DNA of 63,989 bases, the filler included, from Catajapyx aquilonaris (taxonomy: Eukaryota), in NCBI GenBank assembly GCA_000934665.2. It is 3 parts of 3 records of this genome, joined end to end, with 100 filler letters (N's around TTAATTAATTAA, not from the genome) between each part and the next. Parts side by side here need not be neighbours in the genome. Positions count along the whole stretch, not along the records: positions 21,768 to 43,379 come from JYFJ02006011.1; 2 more parts are not named here. One strand, given 5' to 3'. Within the stretch, counting starts at the first letter, position 1; every line of letters begins with the position of its first letter. The notes under the pieces were generated by a model. It saw only the letters and a list, made by a program, of their open reading frames with translations. It was not told the origin of the DNA and ran no database searches. Positions 28,578-41,800 of this stretch are shown piece by piece. A program made the position numbers and the translations under genes.

Positions 28578-31289
28578 AACGGACGTTTTAAAAGTGGCGT
28601 GACGCACGCAGGCCAAATACAGTGCTGGCCCTACACTGCATGTTGAAAATAAAAATATTGGACAGCTAGGCAGCAGTTTTCCCATAGACACAATTGCCTT
28701 TAATTTGGTGGAAATTGCATCAATGGTATGGCCTACAGTATATGGAAAAAGGGGAACAAAAAATGCTTTGTGTATAATATTCATAACAAATGGCCAATCC
28801 GGAGCAAAGCCTCTTTACTCGTATCAATGAATTATAAGCGCCTTTTAGTGACTGTCGTGGTCGGTTGATCACATCGTTGAAGTTGTGTGGACACGTAGTG
28901 ATTTAGTGGTCTCACCGACAACGGATTTGAAAAAATGTCCATCGGCGATAAAATGAAATAATTATGAAAATCGCTCCTTAGAATAACTTTGGCGAAAAAA
29001 TAGGTGCAGTGTACCCACTTCAAACACTCGCTGGGCAATAAAGGGAACTAACTGATAATATGTGAAGGATAAAAAATTCTTCAAATGCTTTTTCGTAATT
29101 GAGTTTATAAGGTCAACATTGTAGTGCTTCACTGAAAAGTTCTTTTGACAACAAAACTGTTCCCGTTTTCTCCAACAGTCAAACAAAGGAGTCGTTGAAA
29201 AGCCAATGCCACGCTATTTGAAGCGGGAAAAGGTTGCAAAACATAACTTCCGTGTAATCTGCTGCCTGCAGCCAAGTGCTTCATGGTATTTTGCGACTCA
29301 CAAAATAGTGACTGTAATCATCGTGGTTTCTCAACAACGCAAATAATGGAGGATAATTACACGGGTAGGAGCAATATGCGTACGCTTTCCTGCGGCATTG
29401 CTGCATTGGGAAAACAATGCAATATAGGTGGAATTGCGCGAGGATGTGGGAGATTTTACATTTCATGGAGACTTCATCATCAACAGTTTGCAGAGTTAAA
29501 GCATTCCATTCTGTCAAAATTACGCATGCAAAAAATGCGAACGCAAGGACCATTAACAGTCACTAGGCAATTATTATTTTACTGCCGCGAATTTATTTTG
29601 GTTTAGCAAAAAGGGTCCGGTTGTGCTGACTATGAGCTCATAAATCTTCAATATTTGGAAGGCTAGAACCGCAGATCGATGAACAATTTTCAGGGTCAGA
29701 ATTAACTTCTCACAAGCACGCGAACCTCCCTGGATTTTTTCGATTTCAACCAAAGGAAGTAACCCATGTCACGAGCAGGTCATGGCCAAGTGTCAGCAAC
29801 TCTGCTAATTTACCCTGCCAATCGTAATTCGAACAATAGTCTCGTCTGAGCCAGATTTTTGGCGTCAATATATTTGTAGGTTATGCGTGTGACTAGGTCT
29901 GGTCTCACGTGCAATACCATGCAATACAGTCCAACGACCTTTAAATGATTGCTTACCACTGTACGTAACATACTTCTTTTGGGAGCCATGTGTAGGTACT
30001 GATCCAACCTGCCTGCTAAGTTCATGAGAGCCCTTTTTATGTGCAGTTCCTTCCTGTGCTAGGCAGTGACGGAAATTACAGAACCGCCCTTGACACTGAG
30101 TCTGAGACCATTATGCCTGTAACGTGCGGTCTGCCGCATTTTAATATTGATGGAAACATCAGATTGCCGTACTGTGCACCAAAACCTAGCTAAACATGCA
30201 TGCATGGGGCTCCGGGGGGGATTCCTCCGGAACGCAACACTCGAAATATGGCTTATGAATCGTGTTCGTAAAAATCTATGGGCAAGGAGGATGAATTAAC
30301 AACGCCTTCCATGGTCCTCTCTAAATCCACCTTTGGAGCAATCTTTTCATCCAAGGAGCCCGGTGAATCGCAATTGAAAGATTGCTGAAGTTTATCCTGA
30401 CAGTTCAGGGCAACCTGTCATACATGACTGAGGAAACCTAACTTCCAGGATAAAACGTCACTGACGCAATATTCGAGACCAGTGGCTAATTGCCATGAAT
30501 ATTCCAGATCCGAGTCAATAGGGCACTAACCTGCTGCATTTGCCACTGTTTCATGCAGGATATCGACCAGGTCACACTATATCTGGTTTGCATATCAACA
30601 CAAGACATTGCACATCTGATGAGTTGCAGAGTGACCGTAAGTACCATGGTTGCCATCGATCAAGAACTTCATTATAAGTGTACTTTGTAATTAATATCAG
30701 CAAGCACACTGGGAAATGGGTTTGAATTGAGTTGACTCATGGATGGCCTTACTCAGAATGAGGATTATGGATTAATACGACGGAATGAATGTGGACTGGC
30801 ATGTGTGTAGCACCTTCATAACATACTTGGCTAGTTGGCTTACACATTTTCTGTGTACAAGGATGCATTATTTTGGTTTTATCCTTTCATTAGCATAAGT
30901 AACACGAGACCTGCTATATTGCACTCACGATTCTGAGCCCCATAAAATAATTCACTTCTGCATTTCACTTTACTTTCTCCCCAAAGGGCTCCACTGCAAA
31001 ATGCAGGGTGAGGATTTACAGAGAGGAGAGTATGTGGCAGTGAGGCTTGGATGGGATTAGTTGGGGTAAGTGATGCATTGTGGCAATGACACAGGCAGAA
31101 TTTCCATATGCATAAGCCGTTCTGCCAGCAGCCAGAATAGTGAATCCTCCAGTTTTTGCATTGTGAACTGCACCACCAAATGCCATAGCTGTCATGCTTT
31201 TTCTCTTATGGCTTTTTGAAGTGCATTGGTTATAGATTGTGAAGCAAACTTAGCCTGCTCTATAGCATAAAACAATTTATTTTATCAAT

Positions 31290-33367
31290 TTACAACAGGA
31301 TTTTGTATTTGACAGCTCTTGGAATCTTGTTAATTACAAGTCTTCCATCATAACTTAGAGATGCAAATGTCCAAGGATCAGCTGAAGACCACTCTACACT
31401 GTAGACAGAATCTTCATGTTCCTCATATGTCCCAATTACTCCATCTTCTAGCTTAGACCTGCAATGAGGTTACGTTAGATGACAAGTCAATCAATCTTAA
31501 TGAGCATTAGGTACCTGTTGCGATCTGCGTCATCCTCAGTTGCGTCATCTTCAACTAAATGTCCATATGGTTCAGATGAAATTGATGTCAATGAGGAGAG
31601 TACAACTCGAGAATCACTGCTTGAAGTCAGAACCAGCTGGTCATGAAAGTGATTATAACGAACACTCCACACCCTGGAATCACATTTCATTCAACAATCA
31701 ATCTACACCATTCAAAATAGAAGCAGCTGAAACTTGGGTGTGTAATCATTGCCCTGGTTTGCAGATGAAGTCATCTTTAACCATTCAATGGCAACACCAT
31801 GTGTCCTTCAGCATTACCAGTGAGAATGATCCGAGAGGGTGAGTACAGGTGATTCCACATTTCGCACATCCCAAAACTTTGCATAGCAATCGTCTCCACA
31901 GGTTGCAAGGTAATACTGCTTGTTTGGGTTCAGGTCCAGGTCCCTGAATGTTCAAAGTAATGTTATTCCCTTTCACTTACATGCTTGGCCAAAAAAATGA
32001 CATACCTCACAAGTTGACCATGAGCATTCTCAATGATCCATGTCTGCTTCATGGTACGCAAGTCCCAGCAACGAACGCTCGTGTCATTGGTAGTGGCAAA
32101 GTAATTAAAGCTCTGATGGGGACCCCATTGCCCACCAGTTAGCTTTGGACGACCTTTGGCCTCTAGATTTGCAGAACTCGAAACCTAATAATGTACATTA
32201 AATATAAACTGCATAATGCATATTATGGGCCTCATAGGCATCAAATCTTTCCAGATTATTCCATTCCACACTATACTATGCATAGTCACTGAATTAATGA
32301 TCTTTCTGTACCTTCGCCTGACCTTCTTCCACATCCCACACAAGTATACTCCTGTCAAGTACAGTTATCAGACGCCCCTCATTCGCAGGGTGCCAAACCA
32401 AGCGTCTTACATCCTGCTGCTTGTGAGACTCTGACAACAAATCACATACAGGCTCCAGGGTTGGCATGGAGGATGAAACATCGCTTGAATTGTCCCCTCC
32501 AGTCTCTGAGTCCTCAGGTAGCTGCCAGAGTGAAGCAACCATCTCACAGCTGTTCTCGTCTAAGCAGTAAGAAAAACAGAAATATGAATCACTCTATACT
32601 AACAATGAAGCACATGAGATATATGGTAGGTACTGCTTGCTGGTGGTCTACAATACATTCATGCCATGAGACCCATCTTGTTCAGCGGATGTCTACCAAT
32701 TCCCTGGGAATAAGATCTAAAGCTTACGAAGGGAATTTGTTGACATAGAAAGTCTGAGCCATTATGTTGGACTAAAAGGCAAAATTGATACCTGGGCACC
32801 TTATGCATAATGGTGTGGTCCCAAGCTTGCAAGTACAAGAGTTTTGGAGCAAATTCTAGACATTTTAGCATGAGTGAGAAGTCAACAGGCGAATGGGGTT
32901 TGTTTCTGCTTCTGAGTGGTATACCATTGATTCTGTTGTAGACGGTGGCAATGGTGTTTTTCTCAGTTGGGGAGGCAGCGACCTGCCAGATCTCTCCCCT
33001 CCGATGCAGGAACACCCTCTTGGACACGGAATTGTTCTCTTCATCAAACTCCACCTGATGCAGCTGGTTCTCAAACTTGAGGGACTGAGTCCCCACCAGG
33101 AAGCGGACAACATCCGTCTCTGCAGTCTGGGCGCACAGGCTGCGGGCCTGAAAACATAAGCAGGTTGTGTGAATCCATATTGCAAGTAGCTATCACTAAA
33201 CACTGCTCCCTCTGCAGGCCATACCAGTATGGTACAGTGCAGTATGGTGTAGACAGGGTGTAGCCTGCTGGCCAACATTTGTGTCTGTTTGGCGACCTGG
33301 CAATGAGATGTGTGGCATGACGTACCTGAAATTCGAGGCCGTAGATGAGGGGCACGTCGTCCTCCAT
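31290..33367 (-). CDS. EIPR1: EARP/GARP-interacting protein 1 (TSSC1), WD40 protein, ~381 aa
   Basis: Exons 33367-33326, 33147-32925, 32559-32312, 32184-32006, 31943-31818, 31673-31515, 31458-31290. Motifs [113 protein letters not shown] shortly after the stop. Confidence 0.95.
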
Positions 33368-33904
33368 CTCCCTGCCGGCCAAGGTAGCTGCACCGTGCTG
33401 CCGGCTGACCAGCGTTCCTCAGGCCTCCTCTACCCGAGACTCAACTCTCAACTGCAGCAACCTGCACTCCTCCTGCAGCTCGGGTGATCGGCTCACTTCG
33501 TCTGAGTCGCCATGTTGGCACTCGTGGCGGGCGGCCATGTTGCTACTCCTGCCATGGTTGCCAACGTATTCATTGTCCCCAACCTACACGTGAATTGAGC
33601 CATTTTGTGCAGAATTTTTGAAGAAATTAAACTTATATTCCGATTAATTATAATCGTAGCGATTGGTGTCGGCAAGGTTGTCGATGGGTAATGGGTGGCG
33701 CACCCTGTACGAGATTGCGGAGAAGTACAACAGATCGGCAATGGCTGCCAGCAGAAGAGCAGCAGCAGAAGTGGGTGCTGCTCGGGAGGTGGTGGTCCAG
33801 CTCGGCCCTTGCTGTCCGTCTGGCTGAATCTCTGGCCTTTCTACTGGTGAATCGTTGCAGCCTTCCCCCTTGCCTGAGGAGAGCGCCTTCAAGGGGCCCG
33901 CCAG
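33368..33904. promoter_or_regulatory. Bidirectional promoter region of EIPR1/TRAPPC12 with the probable first TRAPPC12 exon
   Basis: Three CAAC(C)ATGGC YY1-like motifs at 33509-33561 (minus); AATGGCTGCC at ~33740 (plus); donor CCAG|GTAAAA at 33904/33905. Confidence 0.55.
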
Positions 33905-34377
33905 GTAAAAGAGCCACTCACTGCAACCAAGCAGATCTCTCCAGAAAGTTGGTAGGATTCAATGACCCTGCTCTTTCCGTTCCGGTTCAAACCAGAGCAG
34001 TGGAACTTCCCACCAAGTTTACTGATATGATGCGCACGCACAGACGTCCAGAATAAAATGACTGTATTCATATCTCTGAGGCAGACGAAGAACCTTGTGG
34101 TGACCAAAACCAAAGAGCCAAAACATGGTACATATTAATCAATGATACTTTTCAGCGAAGGTTTCAGACTTTGCATGGAAGTACATTTGGCGCAAGTGCT
34201 GCATTGCATTGCAAACAAGAACGATGAAAGACAAAATGTGCCCAAGTGATTATACGAACCGGTATATTATTAGAAAGATTTTTTGATTGCCATTGAATGT
34301 ATTTAATACAGTATTTATCTTATTATTTTAGTTCTTAGACTGATAATAACTCAAAGCAAACAATTTTTATGGTTGTA

Positions 34378-34895
34378 CAGGGTGGGGCAAAAGTCATGGG
34401 CGGATTAAAACAACGCAGTATGGCGTAAGTAACGAACAATTATATTTAAAAAAAATTACACTGCACAGAGAAAAATATGCCATTTATGGATCGAGGTCCA
34501 AAAAAGTCACTTCTTGAAAACAACTCTGGATAGATGTCCACCTTTGAGGGCAACACGTTATTCCCCCAAGCACCGGACGAAACCCTGCACAACGCCCTCC
34601 AGCATGTCCAGGGGAATGTTTTCTCACGGCGTGTCTTATCTGATCCTTGAGATCAGCCAATGACTTAGGAGGTGATGGTCAAATCCGGCGACAGTGGCGG
34701 CCATGGTATGTCCCCAAATCTCGAAATGACCCGCCCAGAAAACATTTGACCTTTAATTTGTTCGGTGTTCACCACACCTCCTCAGTCATTGGCTGATCTT
34801 AAGGATCAGATAAGACACACTGTGAGAAACATTCCCCTGGACATGTTGGAGCGCCTTATGCAGGGTTTCGTCCGGCGCTTGGGGGAATAATGCGT
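34378..34895. mobile_element. Tc1/mariner-superfamily relic arranged as two inverted fragments in TRAPPC12 intron 1
   Basis: TA-CAGGGTGGGGCAAAAGT terminus at 34376; minus strand encodes FSGRVISRFGDIPWPPLSPDLT; plus strand 34761-34890 encodes VFTTPPQSLADLKDQIRHTVRNIPLDMLERLMQGFVRRLGE (transposase C-terminus). Confidence 0.8.
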
Positions 34896-34937
34896 TGCTT
34901 AAGTGATATGAGTGTTTGGTCTGCCATTGTAGGCATC

Positions 34938-37421
34938 ATGGACACCATATCCCTGGACATGGAGTCAGAGGCCCCTCCAACCCAGGAGCAGCCCCTTCCC
35001 AGTCAGCCAGCAACACCTTCTCTGTCCCAGTACTTCAACCAGAGCAATTCTGGTGACATCTTTGACCAGATTGCTCACCTGTCACAGAGTCAGGTGGAAC
35101 CTCCCCCAGCCATCCCTTCCCAGCCAGAAACCCTCGCTGAGCCCAATGTGTGCCGTATATTTTCTGAGGCTGAGCCAGCCACTTTCCTGGATGGCAATGG
35201 TGAAAGGGTAGAAATGGCTTTAGAGGCAGAGGAGACTGCAGCTCAAGTTGTGCAGCCAACAGAGATGGATTGCATCTACAGCATATGGGTACCTGGACAG
35301 AGGACACAGGCAGCATTGCAGTCAAAGGCTGATGCACCTCCAGGGACCTTCTTCCCTGAAAGAGACATGATGACTATGCCTGGAGTCATACTTGAGGAGG
35401 ATATGGTGAGTCAATTTTATTGTGCCTGTTTTTTTTGTCCTTCATCAAGCAATTAGAATATTACTTACAGGCCAGAACTCGGGCCAGAAGAAATGCCATT
35501 ATTTGAATGCCCATTTTAGGTGGATCCAGTACGTGAACTAGTCTCCCACTACCATGGTGAAGCAGAAGCTGCCAAGCGTTGTGCCCTGACACCCTCGGAT
35601 GTGACCCAAGATGACCGTGGCCTCCGAGAGCTGATTCGTACTGGTAACCTCCGCTCAGCTGTCAACCTTCTAGGCCGGTTGCTGTCAATGTATGGTCAAG
35701 GACCAGGGAAGTCAGGCCATCCTTCCAAGCACACACCCCATTCCCTGCAGCTGTGGTTTTCTCGTATTGCCTTGCTGGTCAAACTGCACCAGTTCTCCAT
35801 TGCTGAGGTGGAATCTGAGCCATTTGGCGACCTTGACCGACCTGACCTCTATTACCAGTACTACCCAGAGTTATATGGTGGTAGGGTAGGTTCCATGGCA
35901 CCTTTTGGGTTCCGCCTTTTGTTGGCAGAGCTTCCTCAGTATACAGGGAAGTTTGGAGTGGCGCTTGAGAGGCTGTATGGGCTGCTAGCAGTGGTGAAGA
36001 AGGTCAAGGTGCAGATGGAGGAAGGACAGGCAGAGGGTGTTAAGGTCTGGGCAGCGAGGGAAGTAAGGGTCATGTACTCCATTGCCAACTGTGCCATCTA
36101 CCAGAAGGTAAGTGGCGCTAGAGATCACTCATGTCTTAAAGACTCGCCCACATCTTACTCTGAGATTCATTTTACCATTGTTAACTTCACCTTTGTCTTC
36201 CACCATTACTGCCTTGGAGACTTTTGACCAAACTGACTTCATACTCACCCACTAACCACCCTGCACTCCCATCATTCATGAGTAAATCTACTGTAGTCAT
36301 TGATCAAGGCAAATACAGTATTAATATTTAAAAACTAATATTAAGGCTCAATATTAATATTGAACAGGATTACCCGCTTGCTGTGAATGTACTGGAAGAG
36401 CTCTTGGAAAAGGACAGTGGTAGAAAGGCAGCTCTTCACTCTGCCATAGGCCGTCTCTACCTCCAGCAAGGGGATGTGAGGTCAGCCCAGAGCTGCTTCA
36501 ACTCAGCAGGTGTCTGCAGGTCAGGGACACCAGGAGCAGAAGTGGCCTCGCTGCTAGAGCAGGCATTGCTGGATGTGGCACAAAATGCATTCCAGGATGC
36601 TTATGTACATTTCCAGAAGGCGTTTGCCCTCAAACCAGGAGATTTGATGGTAGATCTCTTTCCCATACTTTTTATTGCCATTGATATGTGTACTTGCTTG
36701 AATGGGATCACTTGTTGGGAGACTAGTGTATTGTAGATTTTGATGTGTGCCTGTCAGGAGAAACATGGATCTAACTGAGCCTAAGATAGCTTTCTTTAAT
36801 GGGTGTGTAACCATGTTTTATGGTTAAGAGATGACACTGATACCGTCCTATGGAAGAGTGGCATGAGTGTCATAACAGTGAATATGCTGCAGTCTTGGAT
36901 GAAGCAACCTGTTTTGCAGTGACGTGCATGTTCTCCACTGTGCCCCATCATGTCTGTCTCTACCTCCTCATCTACCCAAAAAGAATAGGTGGCAGAGCAA
37001 TGTGACATCACAAGGGGAAGAGCATACATTCTTTGGGAACTGAAAGTGCAATATGCCTTTAATATAGCCTTGCCACTGTAGCTGACAACATGCTGGAAAT
37101 TTTGTTCTAATATGGTGGCTGCAGATTGACCACAAACTAAGGTCTCTGTCTAACAACAGTTTTCTTTTGTTGTAGATTGTTAACAACATGGCTGTGTGTC
37201 TACTGTACCTGGGGAGGCTGAGCGAAGCCTTGAAGCTCCTGGAAGGAGAGATAATCAGCAAGCCAAAAGACTTTCTCTATGAGAGTGCCCTGGTCAATGT
37301 ATGTACTTTGTATGAATTGGAAAGTTCATTCAGCAACCAGAAAAAGCTAGCATTTCTTGCACTAATGAACCAACATAAAGGAGACGGTGTCAATATAGGC
37401 TGCCTAAAGATTCAAGTGTAG
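34938..37421 (+). CDS. TRAPPC12: Trafficking protein particle complex subunit 12 (TTC15), TPR protein, ~527 aa
   Basis: Exons 34938-35405, 35520-36107, 36368-36649, 37176-37421, all phase 0. Motifs MTMPGV, VTQDDRGLRELI, NLRSAVNL, HTPHSLQLWFSRIALLVKL, FGDLDRPDLYYQYYPELYGGRVGSMAPFGFRLLLAELP, NNMAVCLLYLGRL, NVCTLYELESS. Confidence 0.95.
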
Positions 37422-37572
37422 CTGTTAATTTATTGCTGCGTTATATAAAATGTTTTCAAGTTAGTCAACTGTGTGCGCTTGTGTGGAAAGAATGTTAAGG
37501 TGGTGCAGTGTTATCTGGATAACTGACGTTTCTAAGGAACAAAATAAAATGGATATCACAAAAATTCTTGGA

Positions 37573-37640
37573 AGGGTCTGGTGGTTACCCCACTGGCCAA
37601 CCAAGCGGGAGGCTGGGGTTCAAATCCCATCCCCATCTCT
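37573..37640 (+). mobile_element. tRNA-derived SINE head (degenerate)
   Basis: A-box-like GGTCTGGTGGTTA and B-box GGTTCAAATCCC at tRNA-like spacing; no intact cloverleaf. Confidence 0.4.
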
Positions 37641-37796
37641 AACTCGAAGTTTTTTCCTGGTCCCATGGAGATTCGACTTATAGAAGTTTTACTGTACACC
37701 CTGTATACTATGAGTATATGTTATACTGTATTTTGCAACTATTCCTCTGATGGATCTCATAAAAAATAATTTCATGTACCAACTCTGGCAAAATGG

Positions 37797-37979
37797 TAGT
37801 GTTGGACATTAATCGAGGCATTCGAGGCACTGCACTGGTGGCTAGCGACATTTTCCGAATCGGCAGAAGGAGGAATCGAAAATAAGGATACTGCAAGCAG
37901 CGCAAGCGAGATTCCTTCTTCTGCCGCTTCAGAAAATGTTGCCTCGACTCGATGATGCCTCGATTTATGTCCACCACTG
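37797..37979. mobile_element. MITE, copy 1 (Tc1/mariner-type, TA target)
   Basis: TIR AGTGTTGGACATTAATCGAGGCAT / ATGCCTCGATTTATGTCCACCACTG; related copy at 45964-46125. Confidence 0.8.
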
Positions 37980-38054
37980 TACAGTGATTGCATTATTGAA
38001 ATGTCTGGAAATATTCAACATGAACAAATAACAAGGTCTTGCAAGCATGACTGT

Positions 38055-38369
38055 AGTGTTGTCCGATTGACACTGCACCGGCTACACTCGGTGTAGGGAG
38101 GTGACGTCACAGTGCAGCGAGTGTGACCCAGCACTGGGGCCTCGAATCGGACACCAGCATGATATGATACATAAGCCGCCATCTTGCCAGCCCGTCTTCG
38201 CGCCTTACACCGCCTGCCCCACCTTCTCCACTGGTGCAGCGAGTGCAGCCCCCCGCTTGCACTGGTGCAGTTACACTGGCGAATCGGACACGCTGCTCCC
38301 GGTGAATCGGACGCTTTTTCCTGCACGAGTGTACACTGGCTACACCAGTGCAATCAATCGGACAACACT
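38055..38369. mobile_element. MITE with AGTGTTGTCCGATTGA terminal inverted repeats
   Basis: AGTGTTGTCCGATTGA ... TCAATCGGACAACACT; internal repeats of GAATCGGACA and CACTGG/GTGCAG. Confidence 0.7.
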
Positions 38370-38850
38370 TGTATCAATGGTCTGTCTCCTAATTCTATGA
38401 CTTTGTGGTAAGGATTTGAATCGGATATTTTGCATCCAGTTTATAGTACCAATTATGATTGGACAGGTCTAAATGTTGTCCAGTATACGTTAAGTGGATA
38501 TCAGTCACTCAATTTAGGCATAAAATGCAATACATGACCTGAGCTTGTGAAGTAGATGTATGGGTGGTACTGTGCACAATGACACAAACTATAGGTGGTG
38601 GGCTGGTCAGGTTTCCTCAAGACTAGTCGACGGAGAAAGAAGAAAACAAAATTCTCCTCAAAGTAATGACACTTGCATGCATGGAGGAGTCTGATTTTCG
38701 ATGGTGCTGTCCACCACGCTGGTAGATGCTGCCTACCATTTGTGACATGATGAATTTACTCTAGGAAAACCATTACTTCCGTTACGATGGTGATGATCAT
38801 TAATATAACATGGACAACTTAATTTACTTGAAAAATTTATTTTAAACATC

Positions 38851-41800
38851 TCAGCATATCTTGATCCCAGCCAGTGCCACACGATTAGCCTTAACCTTCT
38901 CCTGTACTGCTTTTTCAGCTTTAAATGCCTCAGTGTTCAGCTTCTTCTCAACTCGACGATCCTGGAAAATTGAATGCCAACATTAAAAATTCTCAGGACT
39001 TGGCTCATGGGTAAGTTACCTTGACTTACTAGATTAGTGAAGTGTTGCAAATGTACTTGACAATAACTCAGAGTCTTGGTCGGGCAATCTAAACCCTGAC
39101 CAAGCTCTATAAACTCAGTACTAACCCTGCGATATTCCCTCAGCTCCTTCTTCCTTTTACTTTTATCCTCCTTGGATTCATCTTTTGGCCTTGTGGACAG
39201 CTGGCTCAATAAGCTCACCATCGACTTGCGGTCATCCTCTGTTACCCCATCATCACCATCCAAGCGTCGGAGGTTCCTTGCAGTCAGGCCTTTACTGCTG
39301 CCCACCTCCCCAGTTGGCAGCCCTGTACGGCTTGACACCTGAATCTTCTTGGTTGTCTCTGATATCAGTTGGGGCCTAAGTAATATTAAATTACTAAGAT
39401 AAATATTAGTGGCATAACCCTGCAGAATATATTGCACAGTGTGAGAAAAATATGCAGCCAGTCTTCAACTTATGTAGCCTACTGTAGTTCCATGGATTTG
39501 GACTTAGGTCAAATATTTCAGATGTGCACAAGAAATTTGCAGCTAACAAACTAGTAATGTAAAATGCCATCACTTGTGGGATTATGCATTAAATTTTAGC
39601 TTGTGGCAACTTGGACCTGCCAGCAGAACTCATTCCCTCACTCTGTGTACACTTGACAGACATTTGTGACCGGCTAAATTTCACTTGATTGGACTTTGTC
39701 ATCACTTTGTAATCTTCTCTACAAGTTACAGTATCATACTCTACGCCACTGAGTGTACGTGAATATACCAATTTCTTGACAGTAAGTGATACTAACTGAC
39801 GCAGTATTAATCAAAGGAAAGTCATTACCTGTTGTATAAGTTCGACCTTGTGGAGAGAATGCTCTCACAGTCCCATTGTCCTCTTTTGTCTGTGTTGATC
39901 ATCAAGTCTATCATTTCTTCATCTTGCAATTCTGATTCTTCCACCAAGCGCCTGACAAGACTCTTGGTCTCATCTGTTGGTGCCTCCAGCTTCTTGGCTC
40001 TCCTTGCCTCTGCAAACTCCTCTGCATATTTCAGAACCAATTCTGAATCAGGTGCCATAGGTCCTTCCAGGGTGTCCATATCCAAGGCACCCACCTCAGG
40101 TTCATCATACGCAGCAAACATTTCCTCAAACCTCTCATCTAGTCGACGAAGGTTCTGGTTCCGTGGTAGCACTGAACTTGTTAGGGAGTAGTTGGTAAAG
40201 CGGGTCTTGGTTGTGCCTGCTGACTCGGCCTCTGAACCCGATTCAAAGTCATCTGAGATTTCAGAACCCTTGTCTTCTTCTTCTTCTTCTTCTTCTTCTT
40301 CTTCTTCTCGTACAGAAGGCAGTACTTCATCATCCAGCTCCATCTTGCCCCTGAAAATTATGCGCAATTAATAATTCCGTCTGCAAACTAGAAGAGTCCC
40401 TCAGAAAAATGGAATCACACAAGATATGCCAGCAAGAGGCAGTCAACACATAAATATCATATTTTCTTGCATTCGCTGTGCATTTCTGGACACGACAACC
40501 ATGTCATGAAATTACTCCACCTACACATCAAGTTCCTCATTACATGTGCATGGGTTTCTGTCGACTGATTTGTGACAGGCCACGTAGAAACCACAATACT
40601 TTGTGAAGAAACACTTCAGCTTTACATAATCTTTCTCCTACTGTCACAGATTTTGTATTGCTTGTCAGCGCTAAGGATACAAATAGGGAAGGTGGGCCAC
40701 CTTCTGTGTGGCTGCTGTATTTCTTTACCTATCTCCTCCCATCTCTCCCTGTACAATCTTCCAGATGTCATCGTTGTCCTCCTCATCTCCACTACCCCTG
40801 TCAAGGGTGTAAACTACTTCATGCTTGAAGTTTTCATCAAAAGTGGCATATAGGTCTTTCACTTCTTGGTCTAAATCTGGTTGAAGTCCTGAAAAAGGCA
40901 GATATTCAATTAAATTATTGCCCGCTGGAATCTGAAGAGAAGAGTGCTGACCTTGCACAAAAAACAGTGCATTATACAGGGTAGCCCCCCCTAACGAACC
41001 AGCAGTATTTTTCTTCCCACTCAACCTAGAAACATGATGTTTGATTTAAAATGTACCTTAGCTCATGGAAATGTCGCACTATTGCTGCCATTGAACGTCA
41101 ATAACCTTAATACGTACTTGAATGCGACGCAACGCGAATCTCCTTATTATCGCAGGTCCTTCACAGCATATCGAAATTAACAGTCTGGATTGTGCACTGA
41201 TGTTGCTTTCCCAGTCTTCAAACGTCCAGGCTCATTGTTGTAAGCCCAACTCTTCAAAATGCCCCATTATTATCGGCTCCTTGGTAGATGAAAACAGAAT
41301 ACCAAGTTTCCTGTGACACGTACTAGTGACTTTTTCGGTGATGCCAGCAGCCTGTGTGCTTCACTTCTTAGATTTTTCTTCCTCTAATGGAAGTCATCTG
41401 TCACCGTATTTGTCCAAAACACTCAATGCAGTGATATAAATGTCAATATTCTGTGAATATACTTTGATAATAGGAAGATTGACGTCACGTCGTGTTTGAG
41501 TGCTTATTGAGGTCGGTGAAGGTCAATTACAGCATTTATTGTGGATGGTGCTACATTTCCATGAACTAAGGCACATTTTAAACCAAACGTTACGTTTCTA
41601 GGTTTAGTGGGAAGAAAAATACAGGTGGTTCTTTGGGGGACCTACCTAGTGAAACACCCTGTATAAGAGTACCTTGCAGCAGCCCTCCTGCCAGCCAATC
41701 ACAAATGAAAATCACGTCAAACAAAGTGCACAATTGTCTGGCTGGCATGAAAGCTGCTGCAAGGGGAATCAGAATCCACATACCAGAACTGGCTGCCTGG

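Noticed and set aside
33691..33904. In-frame 71-codon N-terminal extension of TRAPPC12 from ATG 33691
   Set aside because: The frame is open through the splice, but the peptide is not recognisable and the ATG probably lies at or upstream of the TSS; the start was left at 34938
37573..37640. Possible tRNA gene
   Set aside because: A and B boxes only; acceptor and anticodon stems do not form, so treated as a SINE relic
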